From Camelus dromedarius (Eukaryota), in contig NC_087436.1 in the NCBI RefSeq assembly GCF_036321535.1, forward strand, positions 119,600,001 through 119,664,000: a DNA stretch of 64,000 nucleotides. Reading direction: 5' to 3'. The position numbers were made by a program, and so were the translations under genes. Below are positions 51,501 through 63,800 of this stretch, one piece after another (positions within the stretch are counted from its first letter, which is position 1; every line of letters starts with the position of its first letter). The notes under the pieces were generated by a model. It made no database searches, was not told the origin of the DNA, and saw only the letters and a list, made by a program, of their open reading frames with translations.

Positions 51501-54500
51501 ATCTGTAAAATGGATGTCATTACCATGCACACGTCAGAGGGTGGTTATGAATATTCTGAGAGTGCATGTGTCATACACTGTCCTGTCCCCTTCTTAGGCC
51601 TCAGTTTCCTCATCTGTAAAATGGGGCAGTTGGACCTGGGGGGACAGGACGGAAAGAGGTGGGAGAGAGCCCCAAAGCCCAAGCATCTGGTGTGGGCCAC
51701 GTGCTATAACTGGTGGCCTGGGCTCCTGGCCATCCTGTGTTAGAGGAAGAGAGTGCAGGGATGCTGGACTGGCCTCTCCCACAGCCCCCAACCTTGCCGC
51801 CTTGTCTCCCCAGGTGCTGGGGATCTGGGATGGCGACTTAAAGGTGGCCCTTGATTTGGGCTGTCACTGAAGTGGCAGGTTTGTCCATCAGCCTCAGACG
51901 TATCTATTCCTTTGATCGCTCGAATCGATTTCAGGTAGCTGGGGGCGGGGGGCGAGGGCGCAGAGCTGGCTTCGCTGCCGCAGGGACGCCGCTTCCCCCG
52001 CCCTCCGCCGGCCGCTTGATTTGCTGCTGCAGAGAGGCACTGAGCTCCCCGGGAAGCTGACAGCCACTGCCAGCCTGTCCATCTTGTTTTTAGGAAGAAA
52101 GCATGACTTTGAACTACATCCTGTGCCCTCAGAGTGCTGCCGGTCCCAGGGCTCCCAGGTGTGCTCATCCTGGTGACCCTGCCTGGTGACTGCTCGGGCC
52201 ATCCCCGGGCGGCAGTGTGGCTGTGCAGCCCCTGGGGGCCTCCGGAGCTTGAGGGGACCCCAGCTCCACCTCAGCCAAGGGCTTTGAGGTCTAGGGGGCA
52301 CCTTGGGCCGTTGTCCCTTATGATCTGTCCCCCAGGCACCTCCTCCAGGCAGGGGCCCATGTCTGGCTCCCAGGGTGCCTGGCACACAGTTCATACTTGC
52401 TGAACTCTGGGTGCTGTCGGTGTGGCTGGCTGCGCCTCCAGCTACCTGGTGAGGGGCTGCCCAGGCTGCAGCCTACGAGGTGGCCTGACCATGGAAGCCA
52501 CAGGTCAGGGGCCATGCTCGGGGCAGTGACTGCTCTCGAGAGAGAGGGCTTAGGCTTGTGGAGACAGTGGCGGGGAGTTTACCCCTGGAGATGGGCTGAG
52601 CAGAGTGAGAGAGCTGTGACCGCTTGCCCAAGGTTGCACAGAAGGTCCTGTCGTGGTCCCCTTGGCCTCAGAGCCTGTGCCTCATAGAGGGAAGTGTTTG
52701 GGTGGCCAGGCCCCCGAGTGGACAGCTTTCTGGGGAGGGTTGTGGTGAGCCCCTGTGTGAGCCCCCAGTGCCATCGGCGTCAGTTGAGAGGTCAGGCCCT
52801 GGTAGGGCACAGGGACTGACTGTGCCCCTCGGGTTCCGTCAGGGCCATGCTGATGAGTGCTCAGGGGTGCAGATGCTTGGAGTTCACAGCAAAGGTGAGG
52901 CACTCATGCCTGGATTCTAAGGGCAGCTTCTCAGGGTGGGCGAACCCTTGTGGTCACGTTGCTAGTGCTGAAACTTGATTTGCAGACAGGCATGAGCCCC
53001 TGTGAGGCACCAGCTGTAAGCACGGCCAGTCCCTGAGAGGGTGCGCACATGCCTGCGAGTCTAGCCGAGCACCGCTGTGTGCAGGCGCGGCTGTAGGTGC
53101 CGCACCAAAGCCGGAAATCAAATAGCTGAGAAGCCCTCTCTGCCCACGTCCTTGTGGGGAGGGGCATGCTGCATACACAGAAGTGAGTAAGCACATGCCC
53201 ACGTGCGCTCACACACACGGACATGCATTCTCCCATGTGACGATGTGTAATGTGCAATGGAGAAAATAAGATGGATGGGGGCGGAGGAGGAGGAAGGGGA
53301 GGGTGGCCAGAGGAGCTCTCACTGCCGGAAAGTGAGGAAATGAGCCATGGGGTATCTGGGGCTGAAGCACTCAGGCAGGGGGCAAGTGCAAAGGCCCTGG
53401 GGCAGGAATGCATCACTCTATGTAAGGACCTGAGGAGTGGGGGGAGGGGAGTGAATAAAGGGCTGAGAAAAGAGGCCAGGGGGTTGAGGGGGGCATTGGA
53501 GCCTATGTTCTCAGCCCTCTCAATGTGTCCACCCAACAGTTAGTCATTGTGAGCAGCTTGTTAGCTGTGGTTTTAACTTTCTGACGCAGCCTCATATCTC
53601 CCAGGCATGAGAACAGCTGTCACTTTCTAGATGGAGACCTGGAGCCTTTGGGGAGTTGGATGGGGCAGGTGGGGCCCTGAGCTCCGGTTCAGCCATCTGA
53701 CGACACTGGCCTCTGGCTGGCTGTTCCTTTGCAAGCAGCTATTTTTAGCCACCAGCGGAGGTGCAGGAGGAGTTTGGGGCCTCGAATCCAGCCGTGAACG
53801 GAAATAGAAATGTGGTTTCTGACAAGCAGTAGATAACGTGGGCAATTTCCCTCTTCTTTAGTAAATCCCACTTTAACACAATTGATTGCAGTAAAAATAG
53901 ATGCCTTTTCAAAAGGCCCAGTGAAACCTCGTCATCCACAGGGATTCCTGCTTAAAACAGTTTTTATCTGGCTAGAAAAAAGGCCTCACTCTTCTGGTGG
54001 CTTTCCTGTCGTGCCCACAAACTCCTTTTCCGAAGAGAACCCTCTTGACGCACAGGAGTCAACAGTGGCCCCAGCCTTTCCTCTGATGGGACCCCACCCA
54101 CGTCCATCTCAACAGAGGTGCAGCCAGGGGGCAAGGGGAGTGAACCGTGGAGACCCAGGACTGGGGTCTGACTCTGGCATGGACAGTTTTCTGTTTTCAA
54201 TTATCCACGTATTTATTCAGCAATTTTATTGAGTTCCCCCTGCAGACCAGGTATTCTTCCAGGTGTCATGGATGCCCTGTGAGGAGAGTGGGCATGATGA
54301 TTCTGTGTCCTGGAGTGTTTGGTCAGGCTTGTGGCTCGATCTCTCTGAGCCTCTAGTGCCGCATCTGTAAAGTGGGACTAGTAATACCCGTCCAGGGGCT
54401 GCTGCGAGGGATCACGCGTAAGGAAGGTCTTTGGAAGCAGCAGGACTCTGGGTCCAGGGGAGGGGAGTTGTTGTCCCTTCTTTTCCTTTACTTGCTCCAT

Positions 54501-54507
54501 CATGGAC

Positions 54508-54654
54508 TTTTTTTTTCTTTTTTCTTTTTGCACAGGGTGGGAATTAGGTTTATGCATTTATTTAATTTTTAAAAGTGGAGGTGCCAGGGATTGAACCCAG
54601 GACCTTGTGCATGCATGCTAAGCATACACTCTACCACTGAGCTATACCCTCCCC
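54508..54654 (-). mobile_element. tRNA-Ala-derived SINE (vic-1-like, camelid)
   Basis: Minus strand reads GGGGAGGGTATAGCTCAGTGGTAGAGTGTATGCTTAGCATGCATGCACAAGGTCCTGGGTTCAATCCCTGGCACCTCCA, then an AT-rich body and A tail. A box 54634-54644, B box 54588-54597. Flanking ccatca(t/c)gga repeat at 54497-54506 and 54667-54676. Confidence 0.8.
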
Positions 54655-55289
54655 TGACCCCCTCCCCCATCACGGATGCTTTTGTTGAGCTGGATTTCTC
54701 TAAGATTTGTGCCATGATCCACCTGAAATGTGATTTTTTTTTTTTGAGGGGTCTCTTTTGCTTCTGAATTAGAGAACACAAGTGAAAGAACATAGTGCTG
54801 AAACGTGCAGGAGTTTTAGTTACTAATGGGTTGTGGACCAAGGGTGTGATGGAGTGTCTGTCATCTGAAATGTGAAATGCACTTTCTTTCAGAAACAATG
54901 CTTTTTCTGATGCAGTGGCAAGAGAGACAAGATTCTGTTTAGCTCATGGTGGGAATGAAGAGGCTGCGTTTGCAGAGGCAAAATGAAATTACTGTAACAC
55001 GACTGTTCAGTGGCCCACGCGTACTCAAAAGAGTAAACCATGATTTTATTAATATTGGAAGCTGGCGCTTGAGGAAGAACAGATTTAATTAGAAGAGGCG
55101 GTGGAGGGAGAGGGAGGCTTTACGAGGGATCCGAAGGGGATCCCTGGGTACTACCGAGGGCTTTGGATGCTGCTGGCGATGTTCTTTGCTGTGCATAAAA
55201 CCAAATCCAGACTGAGTTGATTTTTTTTTTTTAAAGAAATAAGATATATATCACCACGACGCAGACAGGGGAAGAGCTGGGGTCCGAGA

Positions 55290-56060
55290 GGCATCAGCGC
55301 AGGCGGTTCTTCTCTGGGCCACAGAGTGGCGCTGTGCGCCCAGAACAGCTTGGTGGTGCTCTTAGCGAGGGGGGCTGAGCGTGCGAGCGTGCGTGCGTGC
55401 GCGCGCCTGTATGTGCGTGCCCCGCGTGTGTGCTTGTGCGCCCACGCGTGCGCCGTGGGGTGGGGGAGCTCGAGGCGGGGAGGGGCGCGTGTCGCCAGGT
55501 GTTGGCGTCAGGAGGCAGCCTGGTGAGGACGGTGAGCGCTGCTGTCCCGTGTGGAGCCAGCATTTGAAGCCAGCTCCTCCTTGGACCGGCGCGGGGCTTC
55601 CTTCTTCCGCAGCCCGTCCCGCGTGCGGGGCCCACACCTCCCGGCTGGAGCCGAGCGGGCGGCGCGGACCGTCCACCGCTCCCCCGGCCGCAGCCCGCGC
55701 GCGCTCTCCGCGCCCGCGCGTCCACGCCGAGTTCGCAGGGAGCCGGGCCTCAGCTGTCCCCCGTCCTCGCAGGTGCCTTCTGGTCGTTCTCTCCGTTTCC
55801 TCCCGCAGAGTGTCTCTGGGCGTCGTGTCCATCCTTTCGTCCGTCCCCTCTGGGCCTCGGCACCCCAGCCCCCACTCGCTGTGGGTCATTTCGTGCTCAA
55901 CCTGCAGTCAGCGGAAGGGAGCCTTCTCTCCCCACCGGCGAGGCCCCACACGGACACAGCCGCAGCGTCTGGGCTTTCGCAGAGGGGACAGAGGCCGACG
56001 ACAAGGGACCGTGGCAGGGCTGTGGCCGTGAGGTGCCCCGACCTCGTTTGGGCAGGGGAA
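55290..56060. promoter_or_regulatory. Intragenic (orphan) CpG island in SORCS2 intron 1
   Basis: Dense CpG and high GC over ~750 bp, an alternating purine-pyrimidine tract at 55378-55452, and an EGR motif at 55439-55447. Not recognisably repeat-derived. Confidence 0.7.
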
Positions 56061-57550
56061 GCCGTCTGCCAAGAATAGCGGTCCTGCTGGTACAGCATGC
56101 CTGACTGGAGCCCCCAAGGCCGGGACCGAGTGACCCTCCCGGAGCCGGGCTGCTCTTCCTGTCTGTCTTGACGGCTTCCCTGGGGGTTTCCCTTTCCCAT
56201 TCGGAATCCTCCGGACCCCCGTGCCCTCCCGGAGATGCAGGTCAGCCCCACGCTGCTGTCCTCCTGTGGGCTGGCTCGTAGAGAGGACCTGGGGAAGGGA
56301 CTCAGAGAGGACGGCCTTCTAGGAGCTGGCCAGTGCCCGACTGGTCTCTGGACAAGCCCTGAACTTGGCAGTGGGTCAAGCTCTTTGCATGCTGTTTCCT
56401 CCCTGTGAAGTAGAAAGCAGGTTTGTGAGTGAGAAGCCCTGAAAAGACTGCTTTGCCCTTTCGGATGTCAGCAAAGGGAGTGAAAGGGAAAAGAAACAGC
56501 TCTTTGATTTCTTTGTCTTTGAAGATAAAAGTCCAAGTATTTGTCAAAGAGGGTTAACGGTCTGATGCTTCCTTAATCTGTCTGGTTGAACTACTCTGGG
56601 AAGATGGACACTGTTCCTGGACCAGTGTCCGGGGCTGAGAGCTGCCCTACTGCCTTCTGGTCTGTGGTCAGGATGGCAGCTCTCGGGTTGCAGAAAGCAG
56701 CCTGGACTCCACGCTGAACTTGGGATCTCATTTTGACTCCAGCTCTTGCAAGGTGTGGACGCTGGACAAGTGGCCTGACCCCATGGAGTCTCGGTGCTCT
56801 GGACCATGGCAGTGATCCCAGGGCCAGAGGGGATGGTATCACCAGGTGCATTCGGGTATCTGGGAGCATCATCATCCCTGGTCGGGGGGAGACTTCTGCT
56901 CCCTGGGAAGGGCCCTGGTCCCCTGGTGCTGGTCCCCGACAGTGGCCCTAACATTTCACTTGCTCTAGAGGAAGAAAGCAGAAGCGTTCACAGGAGAGCT
57001 TTGTTCTAATCAGGTTTTACTTCTGCAAAAAATATTTTACCAGCAAATTACTGCGAGGAGCTGTTCCTGGGGATTTGTAATTTGTTTGATACGTAATGTG
57101 GAGCTATCCGTGGTGTCAGCTGGAATGAAAGATAAACTCTAATTTGCTGGGGAGCACAGAGGCTGGAGTGATGGTAATTAGAAGTGATTATCTGCCCCTG
57201 ATTCTGCCAAATCACTTCTCCCTTCCTGGTTCTTGAGGTCGAAACGGAGCAGAGGTTGGTGACCCTGGGTTCTGCTCCGAGGCTTTGCTGCCTGGTGAAT
57301 TCTGTCCTGTTCTTGTTTTCTGGGCTGGATCGTGCTGGGTCACGAGGGTGTGGTCTTTTAAAGAGGACTTTACCTTCTCGGCCCTGGGCCCTGTTAGGAC
57401 TCTGCAGCCGTCACTGATAAACTTCTCCCTGGTAGAGGCCATGGATGACCACAACCGAAACCATCAGGGGCCCTGCGCCCTGGGTTCTGTTCACAAAGAC
57501 AGTGGCTGCAGCAGACGATGTGGGTCTCAGACCCGGTGTGACCCTCAGTT

Positions 57551-57807
57551 GAGGTGGCCAGAGAAAATACTGAGGATGCTCAGTTAAATTTGAATTTCAA
57601 GTAAACAACAAATACTTGTAAGTGTAGGCATGTCTCATGTGATATTTGGGATGTGCTTCTACTAAAAAAATTGTTTATGCAAACTTCAAATTCAGATAAT
57701 GCAAGGGACATCCTTAGAATAAGAAATGTCTTGAATAATCTGCTGTTTGTCTGAAATCTGCATGTAATTGTGGCTCCTGTATTTTTATTTGCTAAATCTG
57801 CAGCCTA
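57551..57807. mobile_element. MER53 palindromic hAT MITE with an apparently duplicated arm
   Basis: 'ccagagaaaatac...cagttaaatttgaatttcaagtaaacaac...atgtctcatgtgatatttgggat...ctgtatttttatttgctaaatctg' matches my recollection of MER53. Confidence 0.75.
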
Positions 57808-60800
57808 CCCCAGCAGCCTGGGACCTTGGCTGGTTGGATAACCCCTGGGTCTCCACCCTTCTGCGCCCCGTGGGGCATGATCGTTCCTCCAGCACTCACT
57901 GCCCAGGGTGGCTGGAAGCAGTGAGGCAGTGCGACCCTGCACTTGCCTGCAAACGCACGCCCTGCTCTCCCCTGCCCTCCGTGAGCCCCTGTCAGCCTCA
58001 GAGTTCCTTCCAGAGGTCCTCACTTCCTGCTGCCCAGTAGGGAGAGGAGGGCTTGTGGGGACCTGGCTGATGGACCAAGGGCACCCAGTTTTGCGAGACC
58101 CCTGCTTCTCCCCTCTGTCCAGGTCTTGCTCTCTGTGTCCCTCTTGGACCCTGGCCAGCACCACGGAGAAGGAGTTGGGGCTGGTTGTCCTCTGATCACC
58201 ACGAGCTGAGTGGTCCTGGTCAGGCCATCTGGATGCTCACTTTGCTCACCTTGACACGGGAGCGAGGGGCTGGCCCCCCGGCTCTTGTCGACTCAGTTTT
58301 TCTTTCACCACATACTTCTTAGCCGCTCTTCTTCGACAGGCACTGTGATGGGCTCTGGGGACGCAGTCATGACCACGCAGACTGCTCCCTCCCTGCCCCC
58401 TGTGTGAGTGGCCTGGCAGAGGAGGCACTTTGTCGTGAGAAACAAAATAGTACGCAGGAGACCCTGAAAGCCGCAGTGCTGGATGCCGCTCCCCCGTCTC
58501 CCCTGCTCACCGTGGTCTTATTTCATCTTCCACGCTCTGTCTCGGACGCACCTCCAAGTCTTCCGAACCCCCTGCTGATGGGGTGGGGCTGCCGAGTGAG
58601 TGGGTGAGTGGGGGCGGAGGAGTGGTCTTCCTGTGTGTCTGCTTAGCTTCGAGATGCCCGCTCCCAGCCGTCTGGCCCTTTGGTTGACCATGTCGGGTGT
58701 CCTCTCTGCGCCAGGTGGTGGGGATGTGAACACACAGGCAGGACCTGAGTGGCTGACGCTTTGGTCGATTAAGGAAGTTACCTACTGGGATGTCTCTTGG
58801 TTATTGCATCACCTGGTTGGCTTCAGCCTCCCAGACCCCCCCAGTCGCCATATGGGTCCAGCCAGGCCCTCCTCCCACCCTCCGTGGGCAGCCAAGTTCA
58901 GGCTCGCCCCATGGAAGCAGCTGGATGAGGGTTGACTGGATGCTCTGCTCTGGAGCCTGGGAGGCCTCCGCTGCTTCCTGATTCAGCCCCGGGATCTTTG
59001 CCTTGATGTGCGTTGTCCGTCCTGCTAGCCTCAACCCTGCCTTCCTCTCTGCCGTGGCCAGCTGATAGGACTTTCTTGTCCTTTGCTTTCTCTGGGAATA
59101 AATGTCTCCACCTCCATCCTGCTTTCCAAAGCCAATCACACTTCAAGACCCAGTGCGAATGTCAGCTCTTGGGTAAAGCTTTCCCTGGACCCCTGGCCCA
59201 GATGACCCCTGCCCCAACCCCCTGCCCATCATTTCTCCCAGAATTTGAGATGGCGCCTACTTGATCTCGTACCAGACTTAGCTGTGGACGTGTCCTTGTG
59301 CCCCGTGGCTTGTCACTTAGCCCAGGAAAATGCTAGCCAAATGGGATGACCCCCAGAAGCCCAGCCGCAGATTGGCTGCAGCATGTTCCAGCAAGTTTCT
59401 GGAGGGGCATCGTCCCTGGTCCTCTGAGTGTGTCGTCGGCTGGAGCCCCAAGCCATGTGTTTACAGCTCCAGCCCTGGGTCTACTCCTCAGGGATTGTCT
59501 TTCACTGTGGGGGTGGGGGCTTGGGTTCAGCTTGCCACGGAGGGCCCCACCGGCTCCCTCACCCCCCGGTACAGATTCCGGGGGCATGTGCTCTTGGTCA
59601 TCACGTGGAATGTTCTGGTCTCCCAACACTGAGGCTGCTCTTTGAGCATTAAAAGTTGGCAGGGGCTGGATGTTGGCCGTAGGGCTTGGGTTTGGGGCAG
59701 AGGTGGGGCTAGGGGTCAGGAGACCCTAGCCATGTGCCGCCTGAGGGAGAACTGGGGTTCAGAGAAAGAGGCCCTCAAGACCAGCCCCACGCTGGGTGAC
59801 TTGTAGGAGGACTCATGGGACTGGACATACAGTCCTACTCAGCTGTAACTTATTCCAGGGTAGGAGCCAAAGCAAAGGGAAAAGCTGAACTGGGTGGAGG
59901 GTGAGCACTGGACACCAGCTCCCAGGGGCCCCTCTGGGTACAGTTGCATGGGGTGCACCCAGCATCCGGCTGCCACAACTCACAGAAAGACTGGTCCACC
60001 AGAAAAGCCCAGGGTGTTTGCTGGGAGCCTGTCACATGCACATTTTCCAAAATTCCAGCCTCCCAGAGGGGTGGTGGGTGCTCAGTGGAGCCCACACTTG
60101 CAAAAACTGTTTAGGCCGTGTGAACCCCACTCACCAGTTAGAGTGATGGGCCCCTCCGGACATCCGAGTGCCCAGACGCCATCTGTGCAGGGGGCCCAGC
60201 CTCTAAGGGCGGTAGCAGAGCCAGACCTCATGCCTGCTTCCCGTGGGGCCCGAGGGGGCCCGACGGGATGCGGGGATTCTGGCCGAGCTGGGGCTGCCCC
60301 AGGGCCAGAAGGAAAACCCTAGCCCTTTCTCCCGTGTGGAGTCGCCGCCTCGGGGCTGCCGAGTCACCTCTGCGTCTTTGCCTCTGTTAATCCCTGACCA
60401 GCTCTGCCTTTCCCACGTGGACCGGGAAGGAGAGTTCCCATTTCCGGAGCATCTGGGGAGGGGGCCTCCCTGCACTCCGCAGCCTGCCGCCTCCTGCCCG
60501 CCCTCCGTGCCCAGCTTGGCAGAGGCCCCGGCACCGCTGGAGGGGCCCCTCCACTCGGAAGGAGTTTGGGGAGGTGAGTGTTTTTCTAAACGCAGGCACT
60601 AACCCACAGGGTGATTTATCGCCAAGATCATTCTCAGGATTCGTATGTGAGGCTGTGAGCGGCCGCGTCGTTCCCCTGGCTGACAGCCCGCCTGGTTGAA
60701 GGCGGTGCTGTTCCTCTCCTTGTGGATGACATCCGGCCTCGGCGTGGCTCCCTGCCGTCCTGTCCCGCCCCCTCCGGCACCTGCCCTGCATGTTGAGTGT

Positions 60801-63800
60801 GGGGTGCCCCGCAGGCCTGCCAGGCCCTTCTCAGGGCTCGTGTGTGCTCAGGGGCACTGAAAAGCACGAAGTAGGTGCAGTGTGAGCTTGGCCTTGGTGC
60901 TGCATCCCCGGATCTGAGCACCCGAGGCCCCGTCAAACCGCCCCGGCAGCCCGGCCTCTGAGCTGTGGCCCCCTGCACCCCCCACTCCCACCCCAGCCCC
61001 CGCCTGCCTCCCCACACTCTTGCTTAAACAGAGCAAATCCTTTTCAGGCAATTAGGAAAAGGTAGTTGCAGCCAAAAGAGGCTCCTCCAACCGTATTGTT
61101 CTACAGAGCGGAAGGGTTCCAGAATGTTGGTGAGGGAGCCCATGTGCCTTAGCATGCAAGTCAGCAAAGCCGGGGACGTAAGGCCTGCGTGGTTGGCCGG
61201 GCTCCTGGCCCCGTCTGTGTTTGGGAAGGCGGGGAGGGGAGGAAGCAGCCTCAGGAACCCATGTGTCCCCCTCCTCCCCTCCCTGCCCCCCACGGGCCTG
61301 GGTGAGCTCAGGCTCCAGCAGGTATGGGTGGCCGCCTCCCCCCCCCAATCACCTGGAGGTGGGAGGGCGTACGGATGAGGAGGGAGGGCGGAGGTCAGGC
61401 CCCCCCACCGCACCGGCAATTCTGCCTGAGCCTGGAAGCAGGCCCCACCCTTGCCAGGTGGTACCTGTACAGACGGGGTCTCCTGGACCAGGAAATGGGC
61501 AGAATCCTAGCAGGCCCCCGACCCCCACTGGCGTGGCGGGCAGAGTGCGAGATGTCACCCGGCCTGGCGCTCAGTAAGCATCCTTGCTCTGTGGGCGCCA
61601 TCAGCTGGATGCGGTGGTGTTCTCTAAGCACCTGCTTTGGGATTGACATGGGCTTTGCAATAGAACAAACCTGTTATTGCTGCCTGATTTCCTTTCCCTC
61701 TGCAGTACCTCGGGCTTTAGACTCAGAGAGACCTGGATTCCGCTCTGGCTCTCACCACACACGGCCTTGGGTTATTCCCCGGTAGCCTCTGGTTCTTCGT
61801 CTATAACATGGGAGCAGTTTTAGTGCCTCTGCGCCGGCCCATGGCGAGGATTTCAGTTGGGCCCAGGGTGTTAGGGAGCTCCTGGCTTGGGCTGGACGAG
61901 GGTCATTGGTCACGTGCCAGAGTTCCTCCCTCCCCTAGTGCCAGAGCAAGGTTGGTGTGGGCAGGTGTTCGTGAGTGCGGGGCTGGGATGAGTGGTGGCC
62001 CTGGGCTGCCTGGAGACGGGTGTCCCAGGCAGGGGGTTAGGGGCCTGGGCGCTGCCCCTGGAATGGGGCCTGAAGGGTGGGCAGGACCACCCTGCTTTAC
62101 AGATGAGGAAACAGCGAGTAACTGGTGCAGGGCCCCCCATGGGGCTCTCAGGGCTCGGGATTCAGTGAGCGAGGCCCTGGTGTTAGCATGAGAGTGTGTG
62201 CTCAGCGAATATTCAGTGACGGCCAAGTGAACTGTTGCAGTCGCAGTTGCTGCTAGCATTGCTGAGGGACAGCTCCCACAGGAGGCAGCTCCCACGAGCC
62301 GGGTCTGTGAAGCGGGACAGTTAAGATCCCACAAAGATGCTGCTTCTGAGACGGGCTTGGACTTTCCCATCTGTAACTGGCAAAGGGTGGTCCAGCGTGG
62401 CCTCCTCTTTGCCTTTGGAAACCATTTGCACTGATCAGGTGACAGAAACCACAGATCGGTGTCTCTCTACATGTGAGCTGGAGCATTTCCTACGCACAGG
62501 AGGGTGTGGGGCAGTTGCCCAAACATGCACATGTAAATGAGTGAAGGGGGCTGGAGGAGACAATAGGGAGAGGTGGGGAGTCGGGCAAAGTGGAGGAAAC
62601 ACCCTATCTCAAGGTATTCAAGCCTAAAAGAACTTAAGACTGTACACATGTCAAATGAAACCTGACTTTTGGCCAGATTTGGCCTGGGGTCCTGATTTGT
62701 GACCTCTGACTTCCAGGGAGACTTCTAGCCCCTGAGACACTCCTTCAGGGCCTTGGGCTGGGAGTGGGTTGGGGAGAATCTGTTGGAAGCGGGACACTGA
62801 ACTCCAGCTTGCCCACAGTCAATTTTGCTTCTGATCTTCCTGCAGTGATCTGAGGTCAGTCAAGAATTTTTTTTGTCTCCAAATATAAGAGAGACAGAAA
62901 GGTAGTGGCTTCCAGTGATGCTGCGGAGAGCCCAGGTCTGGGTCAGGGGGACCAGGGTTTGAGTCCTGTGGCACCCGGAACTCTGTCTCTGGGAGGTGGG
63001 AGGGACAGCCCTCCTTCGTGGGTCCTGGGAGGTGACAGGGCACAGTAGATGTACTGGCCTGGGCACAGTACAGGCTCCAGGAAGGGCGGCTGCTCCTTCT
63101 GGGTGTGACATGAAAAGTAACCCCCCCTGCCTCCCGGGAGGCAGCCCCCGCAACAGTGCCCAGAGGGGCCGGGCTAGCGAGGGGCACTCGCGTCCCATTT
63201 TATGTATGAGTCGAGTGAGCCCTAGGGAGGTTACAGGATTTTTCCAGCAGTTCTGGGGAGGCTGGGCCTGGGGTGTGGGGTACTGACTCCCAGTCCCAGT
63301 CCCTGGGCCGCACCTCGTGCCCAAGTGTCAGCCAAGGCCTGCGATGCCGACTCCACCCTGGTTTTCTGCACTCGGGCTTGGATGCTCCAGTTCAGTGGCT
63401 GGAATGCTGGCCTGGGTACTGAGAGTTCCCTGAAAGTCCGTTTTAAGGGGCCGCTGAGCAGCCCATCAACAATTCCACACTGTTAGCGTCAGTCCTGGGC
63501 CAATACCAAAAGCCACAGCTGTGCAGAAAACGCCTGGATAGAGCGCCGGAAGGTTCCACGGCTGGGGTACTCTGTGCCCTAGCACGTGCGCCCAAGTCTG
63601 CATTCGGGGTACCTGGCCACATCCGCTCAGGAAACCCCTACCCTGCATTCTTGTGTCTAATCTGTAGATTTCAGGGTTCAGAGGTTACAGGTCACATGGC
63701 AGCACCCCACCCAGCTGGCTCTTTCCTGTGTCCTCATTGGGTCAAATGCCAGATAACTCTGGGTCCCTGCAGGGTGTTGTTAGAAAAGAAACCCACAGGC

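Noticed and set aside
54575..54654. Functional tRNA-Ala(AGC) gene
   Set aside because: It has an extended 5' end, a 4-nt insertion near the anticodon arm, a SINE body with A tail and a TSD-like flank, so it is a SINE.
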